53,469 nt of DNA from Mizuhopecten yessoensis. Taxonomy: Eukaryota. The DNA is taken from the NCBI RefSeq assembly GCF_002113885.1, contig NW_018404198.1:1-53469 (forward strand), written 5' to 3'. A program made the translations under genes and the position numbers. How positions within the stretch are numbered: the stretch's first letter is position 1; every line of letters starts with the position of its first letter. Positions 1 to 22,658 of the stretch are shown one piece after another. The notes under the pieces were generated by a model. The model was given only the letters and a program-made list of their open reading frames with translations, had not been told where the DNA came from and did not search any database.

Positions 1-592
1 TTAGGTGTATCTAGCTTTGTCAGTGACTGTAGTGTTATCTATAAGTGTATCTAGCTTTGTCAGTGACTGTAGTGTATCTATTAGGTGTATCTAGCTTTGT
101 CAGTGACTGTAGTGTTATGNNNNNNNNNNNNNNNNNNNNNNNNNNNNNNNNNNNNNNNNNNNNNNNNNNNNNNNNNNNNNNNNNNNNNNNNNNNNNNNNN
201 NNNNNNNNNNNNNNNNNNNNNNNNNNNNNNNNNNNNNNNNNNNNNNNNNNNNNNNNNNNNNNNNNNNNNNNNNNNNNNNNNNNNNNNNNNNNNNNNNNNN
301 NNNNNNNNNNNNNNNNNNNNNNNNNNNNNNNNNNNNNNNNNNNNNNNNNNNNNNNNNNNNNNNNNNNNNNNNNNNNNNNNNNNNNNNNNNNNNNNNNNNN
401 NNNNNNNNNNNNNNNNNNNNNNNNNNNNNNNNNNNNNNNNNNNNNNNNNNNNNNNNNNNNNNNNNNNNNNNNNNNNNNNNNNNNNNNNNNNNNNNNNNNN
501 NNNNNNNNNNNNNNNNNNNNNNNNNNNNNNNNNNNNNNNNNNNNNNNNNNNNNNNNNTATCTAGCTTTGTCAGTGACTAGTGTTATCTATAA
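1..592. repeat. ~40-bp tandem repeat interrupted by an assembly gap (N run ~120-558), in an RBMX2 intron
   Basis: Unit TGTATCTAGCTTTGTCAGTGACTGTAGTGTTATCTATAAG(G) occurs on both sides of the N run. Confidence 0.9.
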
Positions 593-636
593 GGTCTATG
601 TTGTACCCTACTTACAAAGTTGTTCTTTTTCACCAG

Positions 637-2624
637 TTACTGAACAGGACGATACGTGTAGACCATGTGGAAGGATACAGACAACCCAAGGAACATGGAG
701 ACGAGGATGAGGCAACACAAAAACTCCGGGCGGAGGGATGTGCACCGCAACTGTCCGAGGATGAAGAAGAAGACGAGGAAGACGATCTCATTTTATCAAT
801 GAAGAAAGAAAAAAAAGGTGAATTGAAAATAAATTGACATAATCCTATGTTCCTGCTGATATTGGCAACATTTAACCATAAATATATCTATGGTTGTTTT
901 GCCAGTATCAAAGAAATATCACCAGTGGTAGAACAAAGAACAGTGCTAGAATAACAGAGCATAGCTTCAGAACTGAATAGTATCGACCAATGCCATGTAT
1001 CTTCACAGTGCTGTTGGTTGATTTGATTAACAGTAAAGGTAAGATGTTTGGTTGAGGATACAAATATTGTCCGGGCAAGTTGAGGTCAGGTAAAAGACAA
1101 GAACCCTTGAATTTGTAACTGTCCTATACCACACACAGCCACCATGTACTGTACTGCTGGTCACTGTACAGACCCTCGGTATGGGATTTTGAAGGTCAAA
1201 ACAGAGAAAGACAGTTTGCTTCACATCATACCATTCGTATCCTTAGAATGTATACCAGAAATGCTTTTGATAATGTCGGAAAAAACGCAGGACTTTTCTT
1301 TGAAAAAGTTTAGGCAGTTTTTACTTTTATATCTGAAGGCATTATATATTAGTTTTGTGCATGTCCTTTGTCAAAGGTTTGCACATTACCTTTACAAAAT
1401 TCTTTAGTCTCTGAAAATATCCTGGAGTGGAATTAATTTAGCTTTAAAATATGCTTTCATTGGATTCAAATTGGACTGAACTAGGAGAAATATCCGACAT
1501 TCTTGTTAAGTACCAACTTCTGGTGATACTGAATGGTTTTACTATCTTCTTACAGATCACTGGTCAATATTTATATCGGTATTTAAATTCGCTTTTTTTA
1601 AGGAATTTGAAATACCAGCATTTCTATTTATGAATGTGAAATGACACTAAAATATGGAATGCTAGATTTGTAAATTCTAGATATCGGAGGAATAACAGAT
1701 TCCTTCTCTTTAACTTCTAAACTGGACATGCATTCACAAAATACAACCGTGTGGGGGTTTGTACAGGAATTGGGGAAGGGTGGCAATCATAACGGAAGGT
1801 TCTGTACTACGGTGTCTACTTGATTTGCTTGAAAGTTTAAAATCAACTATCAAGTAGAATGTTACAGTCAGTACAAATATTACTTTCATTATTTTGACTT
1901 TACGACATCATTTGTGATTTGTGAAAATCATAAAATCTGTTTTAATTTCAAAGAAAAACACAAGAAATCGAAGAAAAAGAAAGAGAAGAAAAAGAAGAAA
2001 GAGAAGAGCACAAAGCCAGTCTCTAGTGACAGTGGTGGAGAGTCAATGGATAATGACAAGAAAAATGTGAAAGTTAAAACAGAAAAAGTGGATCGTGGGT
2101 ACGATAAGGCTTTAGCTGACAGTGGCTGGAGGTGGAGCCAAAGAGACGGAGCTCCATCTAGTGGCAACAGGACAAGCAATGGCACAAGTGAGAGCAGATA
2201 TAATGATAGAGGGAGACTGGGGGACATGGGGCCATGGGATAGAGAGATAAAGGGTGGAGATGAAAGGGAGAGGGGTAAGAGGGATAGAGAGATGGATGTA
2301 GGAAGGCAGCAGACAAACAGAGAGGATCAGTTTATAAATAATAGAGACAGAAGCAGTGACAGGGGGAGGGTCCACGGCAGGGTCCAAGGCAGGGAGGACT
2401 TGGGAAGGGAGCGGGGTAGAAACGAGAGGATGGATGGGAGGGGAGGGGATAGAAACAGATATGATGAACGAGAACGGGGAAGGGACGATGTTAGGAAAAG
2501 GGATAGAAGTGACAACCGCCAGGCAGACAACAGGAAACAATTTCACGAGGATGAGGAGCGACACAGATCAAAGGACAGGTACCGTAACAGTGGGGAGGAG
2601 TACAGAAGGCCCAGGAATAGATAA
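637..2624 (+). CDS. RBMX2: RNA-binding motif protein X-linked 2 (Snu17/Ist3, RES complex), last two coding exons; 5' part lies upstream of the window
   Basis: Exon 637-817 (cag|...g|gt) encodes LLNRTIRVDHVEGYRQPKEHGDEDEATQKLRAEGCAP, matching the RRM end and following motif of RBMX2. Exon 1954-2624 joins in phase 1 and encodes a poly-K then R/D/E/G-rich tail ending in TAA. Confidence 0.88.
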
Positions 2625-2839
2625 GGATGGGTGTAATGTTAGTGTGTACAATACTGTAAACATTGGGCTGTGTTCATTCTACATGTTCACAAGAAGCATG
2701 TTACATGTTGGTGAAGTTTTGTGAGCTCTGATACCGACACATTTGTTAGGTACACAATTATACCTGTTGGGGAAAAAATTAATGCAGACACATAAACAGC
2801 ATGAAATTTACATAAGAAGTCTCTATATTTAAATCTCTA

Positions 2840-3470
2840 TGGTAACAAAGGTGTGTAGGTTTACACTCCCTGGTAACAGAGGTCTGTAGGTTTACACTCC
2901 CTAGTAACAGAGGTGTGTATGTTTACACTCCCTGGTAACAGGTGTGTAGGTTTACACTCTCCGGTAACAGAGGTCTGTAGGTTTACACTCCCTAGTAACA
3001 GGAGGTGTGTATGTTTACACTCCCTGGTAACAGGTGTGTAGGTTTACACTCTCCGGTAACAGAGGTGCGTAGGTTTACACTCCCTAGTAACAGGAGGTGT
3101 GTATGTTTACACTCCCTGGTAACAGGTGTGTAGGTTTACACTCTCCGGTAACAGAGGTGCGTACGTTTACACTCCCTAGTAACAGGAGGTGTGTAGGTTT
3201 ACACTCCCTGGTAACAGAGGTGCGTACGTTTACACCCCCTGGTAACAGAGGTGCGTACGTTTACACACCCTGGCAACAGAGGTGTGTATGTTTACACACC
3301 CTGGCAACAGAGGTGTGTATGTTTACACTCCCTGGTAACAGAGGTGTGTATGTTTACACTCCCTGGTAACAGAGGTGCGTACGTTTACACCCCCTGGTAA
3401 CAGAGGTGCGTACGTTTACACACCCTGGTAACAGAGGTGCATACGTTTACACTCTCTGGCAACAGAATGT
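2840..3470. repeat. ~31-bp minisatellite, about 20 copies, in the probable RBMX2 3' UTR
   Basis: Unit GGTAACAGAGGTGTGTAGGTTTACACTCCCT with variants. Confidence 0.95.
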
Positions 3471-3705
3471 GTACTTGTGTACTACGACAAGGCAGCAAAA
3501 TGGAAACACTTTATACTTTACTACAGTGTGACTGTGTTTTTGAGGAATCAGTGTTAATACAGTGTGACTGTGTTTTTGAGGAATCAGTGTTAAGAAAGCA
3601 AGGTAAATGGTTGTGTGTATAATTAGTTATGATGTATGAATCTCGTATGAATGACCATGTTTGACTGTTATTTTTACAAGTGATATGTTTATTTGAAATA
3701 GCATA

Positions 3706-3711
3706 AATAAA
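3706..3711 (+). terminator. Candidate polyadenylation signal of RBMX2
   Basis: AATAAA about 1.1 kb after the stop codon, followed by T-rich sequence. Confidence 0.45.
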
Positions 3712-3934
3712 ACACGAAGGATCATAATTTTCATTAAAAAGATTTACTGATGATTGGTTTTTCTTTCATTTGTGTAAAAAAAAAAAAAAAATAGCGATAT
3801 GAACAAGATTGTGGAAAAGAGCTCCAATCCCAAGACACAACTAACTCATGGCTGCAAGTTTTTCCTCCATTGTTTTCAGTTGTCAGTCGAACAGCTACCA
3901 CTGAGGTGATCGATTCCAATATCATAGAGTAATC

Positions 3935-4460
3935 CTTTTCGTCTGTCGTCTGTCGTCCGTTAACATTTTACATTTTCAACTTAAGCTGAAATTCTGGCAA
4001 AGGGATTTCATTAATATTTCATGGGAAGGTTACTGACATCTCCCTGACCAAGTGCTGTTATTTTTCAGGTCGATCAGAAATCCAATATGGCCACCACGGC
4101 CGCCATTTTGAAAATCTATTTCAAACTTAGAGTCAAGTTCTGCTGGGCCAATTGAACTAAAAGTTGGTAGGAATGATCGACTCATGGTCCTGACAAAGTG
4201 TTGTTATTTTTCGGGTCGATCAGAAATCCAATATGGCCGCCACGGCTGCTATTTTGAAAATACCTATTTCAAACTTAGAAACAAGTTTTGATAGGCCGAT
4301 CTAACTGAAAATCGGTCTAGGAATGATCAGCTCATGGTCCTGACAAACTTAAGTTAACGTTATATTTAACAATTTTTTACTCAAATTGGTACATATTTCA
4401 ACAACAAAAATAAATACTGTAGGACTCCGGTAACTGTTCAGGCCCATGGGCCTCTTGTTT
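3935..4460 (+). mobile_element. HINE/pearl-like non-autonomous element fragment
   Basis: GTCTGTCGTC microsatellite, two ~147-bp core repeats (4052, 4199) and the terminal hairpin CAGGCCCATGGGCCTCTTGTT, which is shared with the 47304-48662 element. Confidence 0.7.
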
Positions 4461-4527
4461 CTTTTGACTATTTCCTGGGATTATGTGTAATTTTTCAGTG
4501 GCATGTTCAAAAATTTACATGAAATTA

Positions 4528-4830
4528 TATATTAATGGGTATTATATGTAAAGTACATATTAATGGGTAATATATGTATAGTATATATCAATGGGTAATA
4601 TATGTAAAGTACATATCAATGGGTATTACAGTATATGTCAAGTAACGGGTTTTATATGTTAAGTACATATTAATGGGTAATATATGTAAAGTACATATTA
4701 ATGGGTATTATATGTATAGTATATATCAATGGGTAATATATGTTAAGTACATATCAATGGGTATTACAGTATATGTCAAATAATGGGTATTATATGTTAA
4801 GTACATATTAATAGGTACTTTATGTATAGA
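4528..4830. repeat. ~29-bp AT-rich minisatellite
   Basis: Unit ATATTAATGGGTA(A/T)TATATGTAAAGTAC, about 10 copies. Confidence 0.9.
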
Positions 4831-5559
4831 CTTTTCCCACCAAATTAAAATGAAGTTCTAAAGGACATTTCTGTACTTTTGTTTAAAATTTGGATCTCAA
4901 GTCCAGAGTATTTTCCAGGATCCCAGAACTGACAAAGCATGTTAAGAACCACCAATACTTTTTTCTAAAATGATTCACAGAAGGACTGTTTCACTCACCT
5001 AGTTATTGAGGCAATATCACAAAATATTCATCCCTAACCCAGCATTTCATAGCAAATCTGGTCAAGATCTGTATGTGTACATTTCACAGAACCTTTAAGA
5101 AAACTTGCTTTAAGATTGAACATATTTGAACCCTGTGAATTTGAAAGTAGGTCAAGGTAATTTATTCGAGTACATTTTATAGCGCTCTTACCCAAGTACT
5201 TACTGGCCAAATATCAAGACCCTGGGCCTTTTGGAACATAAGAGGAAGGTTTCTGAAGCCTTTTACCAACTTAGTATAACTTTGACTCTGGTCAATGCTC
5301 AATGTTGACTTGTGACTAAACACAATATAAAAGAAAAAGAGTCTCACAGCTGGCTCCCATATTATATCCAAGTATCATTGCACTGTAAGTGGTCATTAAG
5401 AAAATGTTTTTAACATACTTGACCATGTGACCTTAAAAGTAGGTCAAGGCCATTCATATTAAGAAACTTAACATTAAATCCAAGGCACCTATTAGCTAAA
5501 TGTCAGGACATTGGGTCATTCAGTTCTCAGGAAGAAGTCCTTCAAAGAAAAAAGTTGAA

Positions 5560-5900
5560 GGCAGGCGACAGATGCTGCACCATACAACAAGCTCTCAGGC
5601 AGGAGACAGATGCTGCACCATACAACAAGCTCTCAGGCAGGAGACAGATGCTGCACCATACAACAAGCTCTCAGGCAGGAGACAGATGCTGCACCATACA
5701 ACAAGCTCTCAGGCAGGAGACAGATGCTGCACCATACAACAAGCTCTCAGGCAGGAGACAGATGCTGCACCATACAACAAGCTCTCAGGCAGGAGACAGA
5801 TGCTGCACCATACAACAAGCTCTCAGGCAGGCGACAGATGCTGCACCATACAGCAAGCTCTCAGGCAGGCGACAGATGCTGCTACAACAAGCTCTCAGGC
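5560..5900. repeat. 38-bp minisatellite, about 9 copies, at the end of a decayed reverse-strand HINE-like element (~5050-5924)
   Basis: Unit CAGGAGACAGATGCTGCACCATACAACAAGCTCTCAGG. TGACCTT/AGGTCAAGG core motifs lie upstream. Confidence 0.9.
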
Positions 5901-6575
5901 ACTTCATGCCAGGTGGAGTAAAAACTGTTCCACAAAACAAACCCCTGGTAAACAGGAATAGATTATTATTCATGTTTGTCCATCAATATAACATGAACTT
6001 CAGTCAATACACAATAGTATAGGAATGTAAAATTTTCAAGTTAGTTAATGGTTCCTAACATGGGATGTCAACACACTCCACTCAATTGAACAATTATAGG
6101 ATTCTGTTTTGAAAAGACAATGCCAACATACAATGTAGATTTTTTTTACAAAAAAATGTATTTTTTATTCAACAAGTTACTCCCAGTCTCCTCACAAAAC
6201 ATCAACATGGAATACAATATTGGTAAGATATCAGTTGATGTAGTACATACTACACAAAGTGGAGAAGACAAATATTATTTCTGACACCGACTTAGTCTAC
6301 TGCCTTGAGATTTGTACAGGCTACTGTAAATTAGCGGTAGTCTTATTTAAGCATCTTTGTGCTTTAAATTTTGTGCTAAATTGTGATTGTACCAAATAAG
6401 TTCCTGTACCTGAACCGGGTATATTCTTGTCTATTGCATTTCTGTGGATATGCCAACACATCAACATTTGATATAGTGCTAAAACCTCAAGTAGAAATTG
6501 AAAAGTTTCAAGGGCCATAACTCCTGGAAAAATAGTATTCTAGTTTATCATAATCATTAAGATATTGGTCATCAA

Positions 6576-6939
6576 AATAATAATAATAATAAAATAATAA
6601 TAATTGGAGGTTCTTATATACTGCCTTATCACAACCTAGTTCGTAGGTCATCTCAAAGCGGTTCCCAAATTATTATCCGTGGTTATAAGGCCTTTGCAAC
6701 CAGCCAATACATTTATCAACTCCCTGGGGAGCATACAGCCGGTGCTGCCATTTCGGCGCTAACAGCTAGCATTCAACAATTCCACCACTGCCCAACCACG
6801 TACTCATTTACAGTTGAGTTGACTGGAACAAGCAGAGTAAAGTATCTTGCTCACAGATACAACACATTGCGGGCCTAGCGGGAACCCGCAACTCTTCGGT
6901 CACGAGCCCACGGTCCTACCACTGGACTACCGTGGCTCC
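6576..6939 (-). mobile_element. tRNA-derived SINE with a Deu/Nin-like core
   Basis: The minus strand begins GGAGCCACGGTAGTCCAGTGGTAGG (A-box-like). The plus strand carries GTACTCATTTACAG...AAAGTATCTTGCTCA and CTCCCTGGGGAGC core motifs. (TTA)n tail. Confidence 0.75.
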
Positions 6940-7601
6940 AAAATAGCTTAAACTGAAATAATCGACACATTTCGGGAAATTGTAAACTAAACTTTGAAAC
7001 AAAATTACATAAATGTATATGATGAAAGAGTTTTTCCCAACATAAAGATTGAGGTATACACTGTAGTAAACATGATGTAAAATTATTTGAACACTAAAAG
7101 TATTAAATCATTATGAACACTCAAAACTATCAATGAAATAATGATGATGTTATCAAGCCCTGGATAGGTAGCCTTCAGACCAGGGGTAAAACAGGTAGTG
7201 GAACTTGTTTAATCTGAATCCCAGTGGGACACAACTATTGGTTAGATCAGACAGGGCCTGCCATCTTATTTGGTAAGTTTCCATTACAAATGGGATTATA
7301 TTACTATGGAAGACAGGGTGGAGGAATAAACAAGAGGTTGGATTAGACAGTTTTACCTACAAGCAAGAATGGTTTGTTTCCAGGTATGTTCCTCTACGCA
7401 ATGAAGACTCTCACCCTACCCCGGGTATTCTGTAAAAACATTCCTCTACACAGTGAAGACTCTCACCTTACCCCGGGTATTCTGTAAAAACATTCCTCTA
7501 CACAGTGAAAACTAACCCAAGAAATGGAGCTACGCAAAGTGTAAAAAAATGTTTGAAGCAGAAAATACAGGTCACAGTGACCTAAATTGGATGTATGTTT
7601 A

Positions 7602-8066
7602 TGGGCGGATTGGTCGAATGGTAAAAACTCAGGCTGTCCACGTTGGCAGCCGGGGGTTCGATTCCTGAAGTCGTCGTATATATTAAGAGAATTATTTATC
7701 TCCTGCCCACAAAACTCCAACAACCCAGGTGAAGTATAAATTGGTCTGGAGTGGATGTTGCGGTATCTGTGCTGTAGCATTCAAGTGAGGAGGCACTATC
7801 AATGATGCCGTTGGAAGCACAGTCCCACTACAAACAGAACACATTACATCTCTAGCACACACACAGCCATACACTGCTAATTAGGGAGATATTAGCCAGG
7901 TGGCATAGGACTAGTAGTTAGCGCCTGATAAGGCAGCTCCTGCGAATTCCTCAAAATTGTATTGATTAATGTATATGCTAATTGTATTAATTGCAATCTC
8001 TGTACTGTGAAACGATTTAGAGTGGCTTATATATAAACCTATATCAAATGTTGTATATTATTATTT
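7602..8066 (+). mobile_element. tRNA-derived SINE with a Meta-like core
   Basis: A box TGGTCGAATGG, B box GGTTCGATTCC, core TTCAAGTGAGGAGGCACTAT, (CA)n tract and TATTATTATT tail. Confidence 0.75.
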
Positions 8067-9485
8067 TGTTATAGGTCTTGGATGTATCATGAAATTTGAC
8101 GAGTGTTGGTAATCACGATATCATACACACTGACAGACCTACAGTAATGTGACGTTTTTGTCTAATAGTATTACAGAGAAAAAACAAAGGAAGACACGAT
8201 GTTACATTGTTACTTAACAACATGTCCTCAAAGTATCTCAAATTAAACAAATAGATGGAGATTCTCACCATCACCCACAACCTAAACATTGAGGTTCAAA
8301 GTTCACAATAAAAAATACCTGATGACATATTACATGGTCACCACATTTCATGATAGGAAATGAGCTGTTAATAATAAATTATGGGATAGAAACATAACAC
8401 TTCACAGTTTATAGAACAGATGATTATATGTTCAGACTAATATTATATAATGGTGAAACATGTCTGAACAGATCACACTGGGACCAATATTTTCATTCTG
8501 AATTGTCAAGTTCAACAAAATCTCTATAGAGTGGGACCTAGTTGAGTGTCTCATTTATACAAGTGTCCAGATTACACAGGTTTAATTTGCATGATAATGT
8601 CTTTAGAGTTGGATTAATGTCCTGTTTTATACAGGGCCCAGTCACAAACCTCAAAATCCACACATTTTCTGATCATATATATAAATACATTATGTCCAGT
8701 ATTATGTCTTTCAGTACAAAAGTAGCCAGAGAATCAATCACAAATTGAAGTGTCTGTTGATAAATGTTTTATAAAAGATCAGAATTTTCTACCTCAGTTT
8801 AGAGGAGATAACGCAACTTAAGTTTGACATTGGGGCCAGATTTCCAGATTTTACTTAACACAATTTACACTTAAAATGGATTTTGTGCATGTAATTAGAA
8901 TTCTATGAGGAAGAATGATTCACCAGCTAATGAACTGCTATATTACCCTGTTCATGTATCTGTAGTTTATCAATCATATTTGTATAAATATTTCTTTTTT
9001 CTCAAATAGTGTATGTGCATATAGATATAATATAGATACAAAGTTGGGATCGCTAACCTAGATACTAAAGCAACCATGGGAAATTATTCTTATTACATAG
9101 AATCCCTCCAATGGTACTGAAGAAGAAGGATTTTAGAGATTTAAACCTCAAATTCCACCAATGGGCACTGCAACTCTGCACATAATGAAGTATTTCCTGT
9201 TATTCTGCGTCATAAAGCTTACCTATAGTGACAAAGACAAGTCAATAGATCACCCCTGTTAACAAGCACTTTGGTGCCACACATCAATCACTCTATGATT
9301 TGCATTTGCAAGGAGTCAGTTTCAGAACTGCAAATTACTACCAGGTATTGCTGGTCAAGTGTTCTACATATTCAGCCAATCTAAAAGAGAGATGAAGGCA
9401 AACAACTGAACGGTTCACTATTGAGACACACACTATTGAGCTTCTCAGAACACTTATTCTGTGACACATTTGATTTTTAATCTAT

Positions 9486-9570
9486 TAACACATTCACCCC
9501 TGAAGACACAGTTGAACTCTTCCAATTCAAAGCTTGGAATAAATAGTTCATTATGAAATTTCAGGGGTGA
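9486..9570. mobile_element. ~90-bp hairpin mini-element, reverse-oriented relative of 31271-31361
   Basis: Inverted arms TCACCCCTGAA...TTCAGGGGTGA; the interior matches the reverse complement of the 31271 copy. Confidence 0.65.
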
Positions 9571-10538
9571 CGACCCAATCTATTTTCACAACTATCAAAT
9601 CTGAAGAGACTTTTCCAAATATATAAACATTCCACCCAGGGAAATATCCACTTGTATAGCAGTAGGACAAAAGTTCATGTTTTCAACATTAAAAGAAATT
9701 CTTGCATTTTTATATCAACAAGGATAAAATTATGTTGTCACCAGCTTTGGACTTTTCATTCAACCGGAACAAAATTCAAACTTACATGATTACAAGGCAG
9801 ATCTATTAGGTGATATTAGACCAGTATAACTAGCACAATAATTGGCTCGAAAGTAAATTCCTATTTCAAAAGTGCACAATCAGGATAAGACACTGTAAAC
9901 CACTAATATTAGTTTATGTAAGACATTGTTAGCTTTCATTAGCAATGATTATTTCCAGAAATAATATCAATATCTAAATAGCATCCTCTGAGAAGCAAAT
10001 TCAAGTATTCATGAATGAAGCCCACACAGCCATCGTTTGCAAAATGAGGTTTGCACGAAATTAAAGAATGAAAGTGGTCCTGTCAACTTCTATTTCTTTT
10101 GTATTCTTTGCTGTTTTACATATAAAGCTATACAATATTGTTATCATGCAATAAATAATATTACACTGTGTAATATACTGCTTCACTAGTACATGTACAG
10201 AGATATCAACTTTGTATTCTTTGCTGTTTTACATATAAAGCTATACAATATTGTTATCATGCAATAAGTAATATTACACTGTGCGTGTGTAATATACTAC
10301 TTCACTAGCACATGTACAGATATCAACTTCACTTGGGGTTTAAATTCAAAGTAGCATTCATGTCCACAAACACTTTCGTTCATAAAATAAAGCATAAACT
10401 TAAATCTATTAAAATACCTGAAATTCAAAAGACATCAAACAGATTTGTTCGATTTATGAACAACCATTTATATATGACTCACAAAAGAAAAGAGACAATT
10501 TCTACCCTCTCAAACACATAATGACAGAAGCATTTCTG

Positions 10539-19278
<8,740 letters not shown>

Positions 19279-19714
19279 CCTATAGGAATACACCAGAAGT
19301 ATAGACAGTTAAATACAATTCATTATCCATGTTCTAACAACACCATACGGAGTTGAAACAACTATCTATTTGCTTCTGTTAACTCGTCTGCTTACAGTAG
19401 TTTCAACGTGTACTGTAATGTCGTAAATGTTTTTTCGCCGATTAATTATTTGCAGTGAAACAATTCAAAACAATTACTTATGTCAAGTTAAAACACAGTT
19501 AAGAAATATTCTTGTTCAGACGTGTATATTTCGATAATAAATTATTTGATTGTTTATTTATTATCATTTTACCGCAACGGTCCCTGTACGTCTACTTTTT
19601 GGTAATTTTCTTCGTCTTGAAAATGTTTTATCGCTGAAACGCTCGGAAGAATTTCTGCTGAAAGTGATTGAAGGCTGTCATGAAAATCAAACAGTTATTT
19701 CAAGATTGTGAACA
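19279..19714. promoter_or_regulatory. Probable bidirectional promoter shared by GPR180 and the zinc-finger gene
   Basis: Divergent start codons separated by 436 bp; the interval is locally CpG-containing and repeat-free. Confidence 0.6.
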
Positions 19715-22658
19715 ATGGATACAGTTTCAGTCGACGCCTTTTCTAGCCTCGATATAGTTCTACCCCTTTCTTTCTTGAAAGAGTCGTTGTTAGCTCACGA
19801 ATGTGAACATTCGGATGTTATTCAATGGATTGCTAAAGGCGGATCGTTTGATAATGACACTTTGACAACAAATATTGCAACTCATTCTAACAGTCAAAAT
19901 GAAGGAGACGGGAGGAAAAATATCCTTATATCGGTTAAAAGTGTCAAGTTCAATGTCAAAGAAGGTAAAATCATTTGCAATTTTTCAGAAATTACAAGAT
20001 CAAGTGACAGTGCCGTTCAGGAGGTAGCCTTAAATATACCAGAAAAGAAAACTAAAGCCGAGAAATGCACTTCTACACATGATGAAGTCGTTGCAAGTGA
20101 ACCAGCATATACCAACTCCATTGATACAATTCCGACTACATCATCAGATTTTACAGATACACCATCTCCAGTCAAGAGAAAGAGAGGTAGACCACGTAAA
20201 GATGTGACTAACAAGGAAAACAAGGATAAAGTTGCTAAAAAATATTCCATTTCTCCTAGTCTTGCTGCAGTTTCGAATGTCCCAGATTGTGGGCGTCGCT
20301 ATGGTCTTAGGGGAGTCAAACTTTCGTCTGTGATCATGCGTGCTGAAAAGGGCATAGGTGATAATGTGGAAGAAAAGATTTATCTTACTTCATCAATTAA
20401 AACTGAAATAAAAACAGAAATTGATTCCGAAGAGACTTTAGCATCAGATTCTGTTTCTGCTATATCAGAAGAGGAAGCTATTGTTGAACCAACAAACAAC
20501 AATAATGTTGATGAAGAACAAAGTAAGGACTGTGTAGATCATGACTGCTCAGATAGTGAATGGACCCAGAAGAGGAAACCAGGTAGGCCACGCAAAAAGT
20601 TCAAAGTTGACTTACCGCGAAAAGTAAGAAAGGTCATTGATCTGGGAGACAATATTCCAATATACAAGAGAAGACAGAGAAATAATGTTCTTAGTGAATC
20701 CTGTAAGTATTGCGCCAAAAAATTCTGTGATTATACTGGTGTAGATTGTCATGTGCGACGTTGGCACAAGAAAGAGAAGGATGTTGATGAATACTTGGAC
20801 AAACTCAAAGAACTTAAAATGGTGACGTGTCGTATTTGTAATACAAGCTGTCAGGATCGTATTCAACTTCAAATACATGAAAATAGATTTCACTTTAGAA
20901 ATGAAACAGTTAAGTGTAAAGTGTGCAACAAAATGTATAAAAACGTTCAAAGCCTCCGTAATCACATGCTTGCTGTCCACGGAGTTAAAGGCCAGCCACA
21001 TCTGTGCCATCATTGTCCTGCCAAATTTAAATGGGCAATGACCCTCAAGCAGCACATTGAGGAAATACATGAAGGTAAAATGAATATAATCTGTAAAGTG
21101 TGTAACAAAAAATTTGCCAGAAAATCCCAGCTGACACGACATGAACGTATTCATGGGTCGGACGAATCTAAAAGTCTTGTTTGTCCAACATGTGGAAAGG
21201 GTTTTTGGTATGAGTGCAATTATCAGAGACACATGAGGATAGTCCACGGACCTGTGAGGGAAAACTTTCATTGCTCCTATTGTGGGAAAGGGTTTAACCT
21301 GAAGAGTGCAATGGTGAGCCATGTTCAGAAGGTCCACCTCAATATCTATCCTTTTAGATGTCCACAATGTAAGATGGGAATGGGACGACGGAAATTACTT
21401 GAGGAGCACATGGCTCAGGCACACAATATGTCTGACATCCAGGTCCTAGGCGCCCAAAGAGGAAGATTCAAGTATGGACGCAACTCTGAGGATCTGTTCT
21501 ACTGTTCTCACTGTAGTCTCAGCTTCTGTTACAAAACCAAAATGGTGGAACACATGCATATAGATCATGGGACAGAGTTCCCGTTCATGTGTAAGCACTG
21601 TTGTCAGGGCTTCCTGGAGAAACACTTCCTTGTCAATCATCTAAAGAAGGCTCATAATTCCACACAGGAGGAAGAAGTCCTTGCTGCCAGCATCACCTCA
21701 CAGTCGGAGGAGAAAGAGGAGGGGTCCCGTCTGGTCACGGATATCAAAAACAACGCCACTACAGATCTACAGGTATATTGTATTGATACACATGGTCTTG
21801 TTGTTCCTACTACATGTATCTATCATACAAAACATGTAGATAAACCAGTATTTAGAGACAGCCAGAAGTCCAGATGTGAAGAATCCTTGTCCCACTGAAT
21901 TGTAGTTTTTTCATAAATGAAGTTACCTCCCCTTCCCATTTGAATGTGTTCTAAACATTCTATATTTTAATTTTCTTTTAAACAGGAAAGTAACATATTG
22001 ACATAAATTAAATTTTGAGGTCTTACTATAAATTATTAGAAGTGTCCTGTTTGTACAAGCAATGTAACACTGGAACTAGTTTGCATTGCAAGGCATTAAA
22101 AACAATGAGTAAGTTCAATCATAGCCATACAAGGTCTATTTTCTAATGAAAAATTGTTTTTAAAACAATTTACATATGCTTAACAAATGAGTGCTATTGA
22201 TTTCACAGGTAGACAGCATTGAGGTCAGCGAGTCAGGGGTGATAAATGCCGGGGACACTTTGGCAGAAGCAGCCTCAGTCCTGCTGGAAGTTGCCAGCGG
22301 TAACAACACTATCCATTACGTTCAGTTACAAGAGGATGGGGGGACTGCTGTGGTGTCACAGGAATTGTCCAGCCTCCTTCTGGCTGCAGAGCAGTCTCTT
22401 CAGCTGTCCGAGGCAGGTGAAGTGGAACTAAGCACATCAGACGGTCAAACTTTGACCTACATACCACAAGGGGTCAATATAGGGGTTGGTGATCTCCAGA
22501 CAGTCAGCTCCAACATTGTCATCGACAACGTTCACATGGAAACAGAAGTATGCTCAAACGATGTAGAAATATCTTCTGATAACATTCAGTTTTCTTCCAT
22601 GGATGTGGACATTCCTTCCAACAATGTTGAAATATCATCCAGTGCTGAAGATTGTTGA
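19715..22658 (+). CDS. C2H2 zinc-finger protein with two AT-hooks, 10 fingers and an acidic C-terminus, ~835 aa, 2 coding exons
   Basis: Exon 19715-21772 (CAG|GTATAT) and exon 22209-22658 (TTTCACAG|) join in phase 0. KRGRPRK and KPGRPRK AT-hooks; ten CxxC-x12-Hx3-4H motifs; AATAAA at 22985. Confidence 0.9.

Noticed and set aside
45-710. ORFs spanning the N run
   Set aside because: Artefacts of the assembly gap and tandem repeat.
1928-2564. Antisense ORFs over the RBMX2 last exon (likewise 20017-21640 over the ZNF gene)
   Set aside because: Shadow frames of compositionally biased coding sequence.
5500-6022. Three overlapping ORFs
   Set aside because: A 38-bp repeat cycling through frames; not coding.
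7602-7670. Possible tRNA gene
   Set aside because: The A/B boxes continue into a SINE core and tail with no acceptor stem, so it is a SINE head.
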